From the sequence record OZ196212.1: 64,000 nucleotides of DNA. One strand, written 5' to 3'. Below are positions 1 to 8,400 of the stretch, piece by piece. Position numbers and translations under genes: made by a program. Under the pieces are notes generated by a model. That model was given only the letters and a program-made list of their open reading frames with translations. It had not been told where the DNA came from and did not search any database. Numbering within the stretch: position 1 is the first letter of the stretch; the number at the start of each line of letters is the position of its first letter.

Positions 1-874
1 CCTGATCTTGATGCTTAGTGTTGCGCATAGCAGGTGCCATACGACTAGCAATAGTTTGCAAGTCAATTGGGATATCTAATGTACCAAGTGCGATACGAGC
101 AACGTCTGCCACTTCAGGCACACTATGATTCGCTGCGCCTTGCAAGCGTTCACGATATACACCGCGAGTTGCCGGGGTTAGAGCAGGCATCACCATTGGC
201 GTGTTCGGAACACGTTTCGCTGGTTTGTCTTCGATCCATTCAGCTTTCACTTCGTCGTGAAACTCTTCAAATCCCGGTACCATATCAGCCGTAACGATAA
301 TCGAGCGTGCAGTCGCGATGTCTGGTTCTTTAGACATTTGAGCAGCTAGAATATTGATAGTCTTTTCTTCAGACTCAAGTAGCTTATCGGTATTGTATCC
401 CGGTTTGTTGATAACGAAGAAGCTGAAATCTTCAGCCATTTCATGATCGCCAACGTTTAGAATCTTAGTTGTTTCACAGCCGTAGCGTAGTTTCTTGAAT
501 AGCGTTTTGATACGCATATCGAACATCTTGCCACTGCCTTTCTTTTGTACGCGCATTGATACAGCGTTTGCACGAACTTTCAGCATGAATTCTTGAACAA
601 GTTTAACCAACGTTTCTTGGAACTTTTGTTGATCACCCATATCACGAATAGTTAATCCGCCTTTTTTACCGCGCATTGCAGTAACAGTACAGAACCAAGC
701 GCGTTTAGTACGGTCGCCTAGCCCCGATTTTGTTTTACTTGTAAACGTGACAACGACATCTTTGGTCTCACCAGCCATATCGATGACAAAGTAACGATTG
801 ACTTTGGTCGAGCGAGCCGGGTAGTAGTTATAAGTTGAAGTTGCTGTCTCATTTAATTCTTGAAATCCAATCAT
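1..874 (-). CDS. Alt-like internal head protein, N-terminal part (runs off the window edge)
   Basis: Hand-translated open frame from ATG 874 to position 1, absent from the ORF track: MIGFQELNETATSTYNYYPARS...; LNE cleavage-like leader; loose resemblance to the T4 Alt N-terminal region; CATAAATA upstream. Catalytic domain not visible. Confidence 0.5.
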   Translation of the reverse strand, partial: MIGFQELNETATSTYNYYPARSTKVNRYFVIDMAGETKDVVVTFTSKTKSGLGDRTKRAWFCTVTAMRGKKGGLTIRDMGDQQKFQETLVKLVQEFMLKVRANAVSMRVQKKGSGKMFDMRIKTLFKKLRYGCETTKILNVGDHEMAEDFSFFVINKPGYNTDKLLESEEKTINILAAQMSKEPDIATARSIIVTADMVPGFEEFHDEVKAEWIEDKPAKRVPNTPMVMPALTPATRGVYRERLQGAANHSVPEVADVARIALGTLDIPIDLQTIASRMAPAMRNTKHQDQ

Positions 875-906
875 TTTTTAGACTCGCCTTATTGAAAATA
901 TACCTG

Positions 907-914
907 TATTTATG
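907..914 (-). promoter_or_regulatory. T4-type late promoter variant CATAAATA
   Basis: 1 mismatch to TATAAATA, 32 bp upstream of ATG 874. Confidence 0.6.
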
Positions 915-966
915 AGAGTGCATTAACACCCATCTAGAACTATTTAAACTTTTTTTACGAAAGTGG

Positions 967-1014
967 TTGCGTCGAATTCAAAATACGCCTAATATCTCTA
1001 CATCGAAACGAAAC
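967..1014 (+). promoter_or_regulatory. sigma70-like early promoter
   Basis: TTGCGT-17-TAATAT followed by ATCGAAACGAAAC. Confidence 0.7.
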
Positions 1015-1038
1015 ACACTAATCACAAGAGAGAAAATT

Positions 1039-1557
1039 ATGACTAAACTTAACGATCAGACTGCTACTAACGCTCAAATCGCTGAATTCTACGGTATGAC
1101 TCTTGACCCATCGGGTATGCCTTACGCACTTGACGCGAAATCACGTCGTCATTACATCACTGATTTGCGTTCAAAGTTTCGTAAAGAAGCAGCTAAGAAG
1201 ACTTCACGCAAAGTAGCTACTGCGACTCGTAAAATTGAATTACCAAGCGCAGAAGAGCATTTAGCGATGCTGAACACTGATTTCACTGAACATCAATGGT
1301 TCATTCGCGAATCTCAGCCGGGTCTTGATATCTCAGAACTTGGTTTACGCTTCTACTTCATCGGTGGTGCTAACATTCATCAACTGAACATTCGCACAAA
1401 ACACTTCTCAAACAAAGAGTTAGAGAATTTCTATGCGAACAAGAAGATTCTGAAAGGTCACAAGGGTACTGGTTCAGTCACAATTGGCTCTCTTTCATAC
1501 GAAGAAGTTGTTCAAATCGCACAAGATATGATTGAAAAGTCAGAAAGTGTGATTTAA
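1039..1557 (+). CDS. hypothetical early protein
   Basis: ORF; start moved to ATG 1039 behind GAGAG. Confidence 0.75.
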   Translation: MTKLNDQTATNAQIAEFYGMTLDPSGMPYALDAKSRRHYITDLRSKFRKEAAKKTSRKVATATRKIELPSAEEHLAMLNTDFTEHQWFIRESQPGLDISELGLRFYFIGGANIHQLNIRTKHFSNKELENFYANKKILKGHKGTGSVTIGSLSYEEVVQIAQDMIEKSESVI

Positions 1558-1575
1558 GTCACGAAAAAGTAGTGT

Positions 1576-1611
1576 TCGGGTATTGACAGTAACATCGAAA
1601 TACCCGATAAT
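1576..1611 (+). promoter_or_regulatory. early promoter inside a 9-bp inverted repeat
   Basis: TTGACA-17-GATAAT; arms tcgggtatt 1576-1584 / aatacccga 1599-1607. Confidence 0.75.
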
Positions 1612-1656
1612 AAACACATCAAGACGACATAGACAACTACTTAAAGAGAGAACATT

Positions 1657-2475
1657 ATGACTATCACTAAAATTCAAATCGAAACTATCGCACAAGACTT
1701 AATGAGCGGCAACAACGCAATGGGACGCGACCTTATTTCTGAAGGTTGGACATTCGGTTGGTCAACTCGTAAAGCTGCACTTGGTGATTGTTCTTACCGT
1801 GACCGTCATATTCGTCTTTCTTCAGTGTTTCTAAATGCACGTACGCTAGATGAGCAAATCAACACAATCACACACGAAATGGCTCACGCTATCGCATGGA
1901 CTGATTTCAACGAGCGTGGTCACGGTGCAACTTGGAAACGTGTTCATCGTCAACTAGGTGGTACTGCGGAACGTTGTTCTTCAGTTTCTAACCCTGACGC
2001 TCTTCCTGATGCAAAATACACTGTGTTTTTCATCAACGCAAACGACGAAATCGAAGTTGTTCAAACTACAGACCGTCGCACTAAGAAATTTCAACCGCAA
2101 TACATCAAGTCAATCTACTTGCGTGGTCGTAAGTCTGAGACTGAAGGTAAAATTCGTTGTGTAGCAACTGCGACATTCAACGCAATCAAAGCTGACTTAG
2201 AAGCTTCTAAAGAGCCTAAAGCTGAAGTTGCACCTGCTCCAGTAGCTGCTCCTAAGAAAGAAGAGAAAGCAGCACCTGCACCTGCTAAGAAAGTAACTGC
2301 ACGTGGTGAAGCAGCTCGTGGTCAAATCGCTGCTAAAGCAATCGCAACGCTTGATTTCACTGACGTATCATTTGAACAACGTGGCAAATACAAAGACTGG
2401 TACATTCTTGCAACTGTTAAAGGCGAGAAATTCGAACAGCGTCTAGACAGCTTCAAAAAGAAAAACAACTTTTAA
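1657..2475 (+). CDS. SprT-like zinc metalloprotease
   Basis: LGDCSY..IRLS, HEMAH, RGHGATWK motifs; Pro/Ala/Lys linker. Confidence 0.85.
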   Translation: MTITKIQIETIAQDLMSGNNAMGRDLISEGWTFGWSTRKAALGDCSYRDRHIRLSSVFLNARTLDEQINTITHEMAHAIAWTDFNERGHGATWKRVHRQLGGTAERCSSVSNPDALPDAKYTVFFINANDEIEVVQTTDRRTKKFQPQYIKSIYLRGRKSETEGKIRCVATATFNAIKADLEASKEPKAEVAPAPVAAPKKEEKAAPAPAKKVTARGEAARGQIAAKAIATLDFTDVSFEQRGKYKDWYILATVKGEKFEQRLDSFKKKNNF

Positions 2476-2493
2476 GATTTACGAGTAGAGCAT

Positions 2494-2514
2494 AGCCCCG
2501 AAAGGGGCTTTTTT
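2494..2514 (+). terminator. intrinsic terminator
   Basis: agcccc-GAAA-ggggct plus T6. Confidence 0.9.
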
Positions 2515-2520
2515 AGGTTT

Positions 2521-2597
2521 GAGCGGAATTATTCCGTCTCATCTTAGTAGTATTAGTGATCTTCGAGATATTCGAGTAATTAGGGGTATTAGTTTAG
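2521..2597. repeat. 9-bp-periodic cassette, copy 1
   Basis: ATTCCGTCTCATCTTAGTAG at 2531-2550 (identical at 46932-46951); TT(A/C)G at 2544, 2553, 2562, 2571, 2580, 2589. Confidence 0.9.
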
Positions 2598-2621
2598 AAC
2601 CACCGCGAATCGTCGTATAAT
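2593..2621 (+). promoter_or_regulatory. sigma70-like promoter, GTTTA class
   Basis: TTTAGA-17-TATAAT. Confidence 0.65.
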
Positions 2622-2639
2622 ACACGTCGAGGTGATGAA

Positions 2640-2882
2640 ATGATAACAATCTACACAATTCCTAACTGTGACGGTTGCCGACATGCAATCGCACTCTGTA
2701 AGTTCAAGAAAATCCCTTTCGAAGAAATATCCTTAGATTCTCAGTCTAAAATCGATGCACTTCACCAACGTCTTGGCGGCAATCGAAACATTCGAGTCCC
2801 GTTAGCTGTTGACTCTGACGACACGTATATCGGTCACTTACCAGAGCTTAAACAGTACGTTGATAGCAAGCTGTATAAATAG
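2640..2882 (+). CDS. glutaredoxin
   Basis: YTIPNCDGC (CxxC), VP motif, 80 aa. Confidence 0.85.
   Translation: MITIYTIPNCDGCRHAIALCKFKKIPFEEISLDSQSKIDALHQRLGGNRNIRVPLAVDSDDTYIGHLPELKQYVDSKLYK
2874..2881 (+). promoter_or_regulatory. T4 late promoter TATAAATA
   Basis: perfect consensus upstream of gp24-like gene. Confidence 0.85.
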
Positions 2883-2939
2883 AAGAAACACGCAAATACT
2901 CTCCGCTGAAATGCGGCAATAAATTAAAGGAACGAACAA

Positions 2940-3839
2940 ATGACTGTATCTATCGGTAACGGTTTACCAGACATTGTTACAGTTCAGAAACGACTATATC
3001 CGCTTATCTTTACGGAAATTGTGTCTGAACAACCAACAAAACAGCCAATCGCGACTGCGTACGGCTTTAAAGCTATCAAAGACACTGACGATTCAAGTGG
3101 CTGGGAGCAGTGGAAATTCTCGCTTGACCGTTGGTCTGCGACTGCCGAAGCAACAAAGCTAAAAACTGATATCTCTCTTGAAGCAATTCAAGACATGGAA
3201 GCACTTGGGCTTGGCACTGACTTAATCGTTGACTCACTGGCTGATCAAGCGGCAGATGACATCAACACGAATATCATCACTGCACTGAACGCGATTTCAA
3301 CGCTTGGCACTGCGGTTAGCGTTAACTCAACAACTGGTAAATTCAACAAAGGTCGTGAGCTGTATGCTCTTGCACACGTCGAAGCTGCTAAACTTGAAAA
3401 AGAGACTGGTTGCCAGGGTTCGTACATCGTAGCGGGCGGAGAGACATTTGGTCTAATCGTTGGTTCTGGTATGGCGAAACGCATTGGTGAATCGAACGTT
3501 TATAAATTAGACTCTGGTCTTAAACTTGTTCATGACAAGTACGCAACGTCTGAATACTTCACGGTTGGCGTTAAGAAAGAAATGTCTGATTTCGAAATCT
3601 CAAGTCTGATCTTCAGCCCGTACAATTTCGATGGCGAAACTGGTGGCGGTATTGCTTATCAGCACGAAGGGCAAGACCCTAAGACATTCAACCCAATCTT
3701 CGCGATTATCGCACGATACGCACTGACAGTTGCACCGCTTGAATCTGATCAAACGGGCGCTAGTGATATCGATTGGGACGATCTTGGTGACAAGGCTAAC
3801 AGTTCTAAGCTATCAGCAACATTTGCCGTAACGCTATAG
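2940..3839 (+). CDS. 24: capsid vertex protein gp24-like, short form
   Basis: LIFTEIVSEQPTKQPIATAYGFK, KLKTDISLEAIQDMEA, ADDIN, RYAL match T4 gp24/gp23 blocks. Confidence 0.8.
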   Translation: MTVSIGNGLPDIVTVQKRLYPLIFTEIVSEQPTKQPIATAYGFKAIKDTDDSSGWEQWKFSLDRWSATAEATKLKTDISLEAIQDMEALGLGTDLIVDSLADQAADDINTNIITALNAISTLGTAVSVNSTTGKFNKGRELYALAHVEAAKLEKETGCQGSYIVAGGETFGLIVGSGMAKRIGESNVYKLDSGLKLVHDKYATSEYFTVGVKKEMSDFEISSLIFSPYNFDGETGGGIAYQHEGQDPKTFNPIFAIIARYALTVAPLESDQTGASDIDWDDLGDKANSSKLSATFAVTL

Positions 3840-3847
3840 GGTGACAC

Positions 3848-4369
3848 ATGAAAACACATTATGTAGATAATAAAGCTCTATACGCATCGATTTGCGAATG
3901 GAAAGAAGAAATGAAGAACGCTGAAGAAGGCGTTTTCGTGCCAGTCCCTGATTTTGTGGCAGTTAGTATCATGAAAATCAGCGAGAACTTGACCCGTCGT
4001 TACAACTTTAGCAATTACACGCAGCCGTGGAAAGAAGAAATGGTTGGCGATGCGATTGAGCATTGCTTACGCTACGTGAAGAACTTCGACACTGAGCGAT
4101 TCAAAAACCCACACGCGTATATCACTCGTATCTGTTTCAATGCATTCGTGCAGCGTATCAAGAAAGAACGCCAAGATACAGCGATTAAATATAAAGTATT
4201 CTTGTCTGATTCGTCAAACTACACCGTTGAGGGTGAAGACGTTGATTTCGACTTCATGCAGCAAATGCTAGAACGCGTGAACTCATTCGACGAATCTCGC
4301 AAATCAAACAAATCTGAATCTGCCCCTAGCAAGAAAGACGATTCGAACTTACAAAAATTTTACGATTAA
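3848..4369 (+). CDS. 55: late-transcription sigma factor gp55
   Basis: HYVDNK, YNFSNYTQPWKEEM, KNPHAYIT..CFNAFVQRIKKE. Confidence 0.97.
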   Translation: MKTHYVDNKALYASICEWKEEMKNAEEGVFVPVPDFVAVSIMKISENLTRRYNFSNYTQPWKEEMVGDAIEHCLRYVKNFDTERFKNPHAYITRICFNAFVQRIKKERQDTAIKYKVFLSDSSNYTVEGEDVDFDFMQQMLERVNSFDESRKSNKSESAPSKKDDSNLQKFYD

Positions 4370-4378
4370 GGAATTAAC

Positions 4379-5815
4379 ATGTTAGGTACCTTTGACTCAT
4401 TTCTGAGTGAAAATCGCCGTCAAACTCAGGGTGGTAAAATCTACCCTAAGTTTGGTCAAGTATTTGTTGAGCTAGGCACAGCTTCTACCGACTTCAGCAA
4501 AGAAAAGGGCGTTGAAACAACTATCGGTATGATGGAAAAAGCGAATGAGCTTAAAACTATCATGCAAACTAAACTATTCGAAGACAGCAACGTTGACCAC
4601 ACTAAATTCGACATGAATCTAAGTGAAAACGTTTCAGTTATCAACTTGCTAATGGAAGAAGAATTCCTAGCATGTAAGCCGACTGAACTTGCGCAACTAA
4701 AGTCAATGACCACTGTGTCTGAAGCTCGTTTGCCAAGTCTTGTCGTGAAAGGCGGTGAACTTACGACTATCGTTAGCGAAGCAACTAAGCTTGGTTACAA
4801 AAAGTCTGATATTCACGTGATCTTCCCGATGGCTGAAATGAAAATCGAACTTGCTGACAGCGACAAGCTAGTGGTTGAAGCACTATCGTTTGATGGACGT
4901 ACAGCTACTGAAATTCTGGCAATGGGTTCTCGCATTCAACTTGGCGACGTTTACGTAGTGAGCGAGTCCGTTGAGTCGAACGCTGACGTGCTAGGTCTTG
5001 AAGAGATTCGCATCAATCGCATGACGCTTGGCGCTCTTAACCGTCACGTTATGAACTGCTTTGTTGTTAAAGAAGCGGCTGAAACGTCATACGCGCACGC
5101 TGCGGTTAAAGAAATCACTGATCGCCCTGCGCTATCAGGCTTCAAAGCATACGATTTGAAACCAAACGTGACTATGCTTGAACATGCACAAAACGCATTC
5201 TCAAAAGACATTGCTAAAGCTCCGCTTTCTGCAACTGCATGGGAAAAGCTTGTTGATGTGAAAGAAGTGTATTTCGACAATGGTTGGAAACTGAAGCACA
5301 ACAACACAAGTCTTGTTCTAACAAACGCTGAAAACGCTATGCGTCATGGTCGTGTTTGTGAAGAATATCGTGTTGAACTGTCTGAGGCAGGTTATCCGCT
5401 TCTTGATATGATCGCGATGATGGAACGCAATGAAGAAATTCGTTGGGACTGTGCTTCGTTTGCTAAACACATGATGAAATTCGACGGTGCTATCACCCCA
5501 GAACGTCAATCTGTGACAGCATTTACGACTGAATCAGCTTCTAATCGCGTATTCCACCCGCATGTGATGTCTGACCTACGTCCAGTTACTGAAGCGGCAG
5601 ACGACGTTGACAGCTTGATTCGTGCTATCGCGAATGATCAGTTCAGTTCATTCAAGATCAGTCAAGCATTCTCTGAGCAGATGCTAGACCAAGAAACGCT
5701 TTACTCTATGATGGAATCAATCGTTTCTGAAGGCATCGACGTTGACGCTGATGGTGATTTGATCACGTTCAAAGTGAACGCGACTCAGTACCACATTCAA
5801 CTAGATATTAAGTAG
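4379..5815 (+). CDS. hypothetical protein with internal-protein-like leader; possible degenerate P-loop fold
   Basis: MLGTFDSFLSE leader; IYPKFGQV and LGYKKSDIHV recall a phage P-loop kinase-like family, but no GxxxxGK. Confidence 0.6.
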   Translation: MLGTFDSFLSENRRQTQGGKIYPKFGQVFVELGTASTDFSKEKGVETTIGMMEKANELKTIMQTKLFEDSNVDHTKFDMNLSENVSVINLLMEEEFLACKPTELAQLKSMTTVSEARLPSLVVKGGELTTIVSEATKLGYKKSDIHVIFPMAEMKIELADSDKLVVEALSFDGRTATEILAMGSRIQLGDVYVVSESVESNADVLGLEEIRINRMTLGALNRHVMNCFVVKEAAETSYAHAAVKEITDRPALSGFKAYDLKPNVTMLEHAQNAFSKDIAKAPLSATAWEKLVDVKEVYFDNGWKLKHNNTSLVLTNAENAMRHGRVCEEYRVELSEAGYPLLDMIAMMERNEEIRWDCASFAKHMMKFDGAITPERQSVTAFTTESASNRVFHPHVMSDLRPVTEAADDVDSLIRAIANDQFSSFKISQAFSEQMLDQETLYSMMESIVSEGIDVDADGDLITFKVNATQYHIQLDIK

Positions 5816-5821
5816 GGTCAA

Positions 5822-6472
5822 ATGGCTAAATCATTAAACGATTTTCTGACTGAAGTTCAGAAATATAGCTCGGCAGCTACATCTATTCGCGGTAAAGAAG
5901 TTGCCGCGTTAGTTAAACTGTTCAAAGCGGGCATGTTTGTACCGGGTGGCACTGCGCTAGATTACGGTGCGGGTAAGTACGGTCGTAATGCTGAATACTT
6001 ACGTGGCGAGGGTGTTCGCACTTACGCATACGACAAGTTCAACGGTACATCGGCAGACGGTTGGGTTGACGTGAGTCTAACAATCCCAGCGGGTCAAATG
6101 TTCGATACGTCGTTCACGTCGTACGTTCTGAACGTAGTTCCACAAGAAGTCGAAGCTGAAATCATTCGCGAGATTGAATCACTTACGACTGGTAAAGTGT
6201 TCCACATTACACGTGGTTCTGACATCACTCAAACGGTATTCAACGTTATCAGTGGTAAGTCTAAGAACGCAGTGATGATGGAATTCCTTGAAACTGAGCA
6301 ACCAGATTTGTACGCTCAAGTTCAAGCAGGTGAAAACTTGAAAGCAGTAGCTAAAGAGATCGCGACTCGCGGTGTCGTTACAGCTAAAGACAGTTTCCAA
6401 CGCATTCCTGACCTTTCTCAGTACGGTTACAAACGTTCTGGTTCTGGTGCATCGATGGTGTGGACAAAATAA
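5822..6472 (+). CDS. class I SAM-dependent methyltransferase with internal-protein-like leader
   Basis: ALDYGAGK motif I, acidic YAYD, TSYVLNVV; MAKSLNDFLTE leader. Confidence 0.8.
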   Translation: MAKSLNDFLTEVQKYSSAATSIRGKEVAALVKLFKAGMFVPGGTALDYGAGKYGRNAEYLRGEGVRTYAYDKFNGTSADGWVDVSLTIPAGQMFDTSFTSYVLNVVPQEVEAEIIREIESLTTGKVFHITRGSDITQTVFNVISGKSKNAVMMEFLETEQPDLYAQVQAGENLKAVAKEIATRGVVTAKDSFQRIPDLSQYGYKRSGSGASMVWTK

Positions 6473-6488
6473 TTTCGATTATTTCAAT

Positions 6489-6543
6489 AAAAGGGTTGCT
6501 TCGGCAACCCTTTTTGCGTATTATAGCTATATCGAAACGAAAC
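6489..6543 (+). promoter_or_regulatory. combined terminator / early promoter
   Basis: aaaagggttgc-TTCG-gcaaccctttt; TTGCTT(6496)-17-TATTAT(6519); ATCGAAACGAAAC at 6531. Confidence 0.85.
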
Positions 6544-6603
6544 GACTGTTTAATACGTCATCAATCTGTTTTATACTATGAATCTACTTGAGAGAACAAT
6601 ATT

Positions 6604-7050
6604 ATGATCTATATTCAAACTAGCAACATCCTATCTGACGACACTCTTGGCTTTGCGCTTGGTGGTGCCCCTCGTCTCGATACTTTGCCAGAAAAAGAAC
6701 GCAATAATGTTCTTCTCAAAGCACTCGAAATCAAACTATATGAACGTCTGCCGTCAACTGCTGTATTCGATCATCTACTTCAAAACTCTATCCCGTTCAT
6801 CGCGATTCTGAGCGATATCGAAGAAATTGCTATGCAGCAATCGATTTGGTTCGAAGCAATTTCGAAGAACAAAGGTATCGATATCATGTACACTGCGATG
6901 TCTGACGTTGAACACAGCGAAGACACGATGCTAATTGCTGAAGATCGCGACGCTCTAATTCGTCAAGGTCAAGCAGGTGGTCGTATTCTACCATTTAGCA
7001 CAGAAACGCAGATGCCATTCATCATCGAGACGCTTAACTTACCTCAATAA
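6604..7050 (+). CDS. hypothetical protein
   Basis: ORF with RBS behind two promoters. Confidence 0.8.
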   Translation: MIYIQTSNILSDDTLGFALGGAPRLDTLPEKERNNVLLKALEIKLYERLPSTAVFDHLLQNSIPFIAILSDIEEIAMQQSIWFEAISKNKGIDIMYTAMSDVEHSEDTMLIAEDRDALIRQGQAGGRILPFSTETQMPFIIETLNLPQ

Positions 7051-7059
7051 GGAATCATA

Positions 7060-7434
7060 ATGCAAGAACAGACACCATTAGCTCAAGACACTGACATCGG
7101 CGAAGCAGTCGCTGACCCTGAAGTTCTTGAGTATCTTGAAAAGCTAAAGCAGCATCGCCAAGAAACTATCGAACGCGAAGCTAATCGTCGCATCAAGAAA
7201 AACAAGCGTGAGATTAAACGTCTGCACAAACACGCTCAGGAATGTCTAATCAGTGACAATAAAGACGGTTACATTTATGCTATCGGTAAGCTGCGTAAAC
7301 TAACTGGTCATGTTGTCGGTGATGATGTGCTTGAAACTCTATGGCAAACAAGTCGTGAGCAAGTACAAAAGATCGCTGCTTCATTCGCTGAAGCTCAAGC
7401 AAACTTGCCTGAAGGGCAAAATTTCAGTCAATAG
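7060..7434 (+). CDS. T4 a-gt.4-like conserved protein
   Basis: IKKNKREIKRLHKHA..YIYAIGKLR..LW.TSREQ. Confidence 0.75.
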   Translation: MQEQTPLAQDTDIGEAVADPEVLEYLEKLKQHRQETIEREANRRIKKNKREIKRLHKHAQECLISDNKDGYIYAIGKLRKLTGHVVGDDVLETLWQTSREQVQKIAASFAEAQANLPEGQNFSQ

Positions 7435-7441
7435 GTGATAC

Positions 7442-7897
7442 ATGAACATCAAGTCAGGCGCTGGTTATCCAGCCAGTGCTTTGTCTAACTTCGCACCTCA
7501 TTCATTCACACTGGATGGGGTTGAATGCGCGTCTATGGAAGGGTTTCTTCAGTCTTTGAAGTTCAAAAACCCTGAAATGCAACGTGAAGTCTGCAAACTA
7601 GTAGGCAAAGTTGCTAAAGCACGCGGTGCAAAGAAGAACTGGCAACGCACTCAAACTCTATATTGGCAAGGTGTGCCGATTCAACGTGCTTCTGATGGCT
7701 ATCAGACGTTGCTTGATGATGCATACGCTGCATTAGCTCAGAACGAGAAATTCAAGCGTGCATTACTCGCGACTGGTAAAGCTACTCTTACTCACTCTAT
7801 CGGGCGTAAGAAGCAATCTGAGACGGTTCTAACGGTACAAGAGTTCTGTAGTCGTCTAACTGACATTCGCGACTTTCTTCAAGGGGTAGAATCATGA
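7442..7897 (+). CDS. NADAR-domain protein (T4 gp30.3-like)
   Basis: LSNFAPHSFTLDGVECASMEGFLQSLKF; ALLATG. Confidence 0.9.
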   Translation: MNIKSGAGYPASALSNFAPHSFTLDGVECASMEGFLQSLKFKNPEMQREVCKLVGKVAKARGAKKNWQRTQTLYWQGVPIQRASDGYQTLLDDAYAALAQNEKFKRALLATGKATLTHSIGRKKQSETVLTVQEFCSRLTDIRDFLQGVES

Positions 7898-8400
7898 GAA
7901 TGACAAATCTTCGATTAGCCTTGAATTCAGTGTTTAAATCGCGTAAAGAAAAGCCTATTCTATATCTCGACATGGACAATGTACTCGTTGATTTTCAGAG
8001 TGGTATTGATTCTCTCTCAATGTGGGAAAAGCATCAATATGATGGCAAATACGACGAATGTCCGGGAATCTTCGCGAACATGAAACCGTATGCAGGTGCT
8101 GTTGCAGCGTTTCTAGCACTGTCTGATCACTTTGACGTGTATATTCTGTCAACTGCTCCGTGGGAAAACCCGGGTGCATGGCAAGATAAGCGCAATTGGG
8201 TTCAGCGTTATCTAGGTGAACGCGCTCATAAGCGTTTGATTCTGTCGCATAACAAAAATCTGAACTTCGGTCATTATCTCGTCGATGATCGCACCGCGAA
8301 TGGTGCAGGCGAGTTCATGGGCGAACATATTCACTTTGGCACTGACAAATTCCCTGATTGGTCGTCTGTTGTGTCATATCTTTTGAAGGAAATAGAATGA
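7894..8400 (+). CDS. 5'(3')-deoxyribonucleotidase, HAD family
   Basis: YLDMDNVLVDF, ILSTAPW, DKRNWV, LVDDR. Confidence 0.9.
   Translation: MRMTNLRLALNSVFKSRKEKPILYLDMDNVLVDFQSGIDSLSMWEKHQYDGKYDECPGIFANMKPYAGAVAAFLALSDHFDVYILSTAPWENPGAWQDKRNWVQRYLGERAHKRLILSHNKNLNFGHYLVDDRTANGAGEFMGEHIHFGTDKFPDWSSVVSYLLKEIE

Noticed and set aside
67-294. + strand 75-aa ORF and the many other short shadow ORFs in the track
   Set aside because: They lie antisense to or out of frame within longer genes with recognisable products, and lack RBS or promoter support.
2521-2597. CRISPR-like mini-array
   Set aside because: The repeat is 4 bp with 5-bp gaps; no repeat-spacer structure of CRISPR size and no cas genes in the window.
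2519-2621. Peptide coding by the 9-bp cassettes (both read ...LILLR* on the - strand)
   Set aside because: No shared start codon or RBS; the Leu periodicity is just the complement of TTAG.
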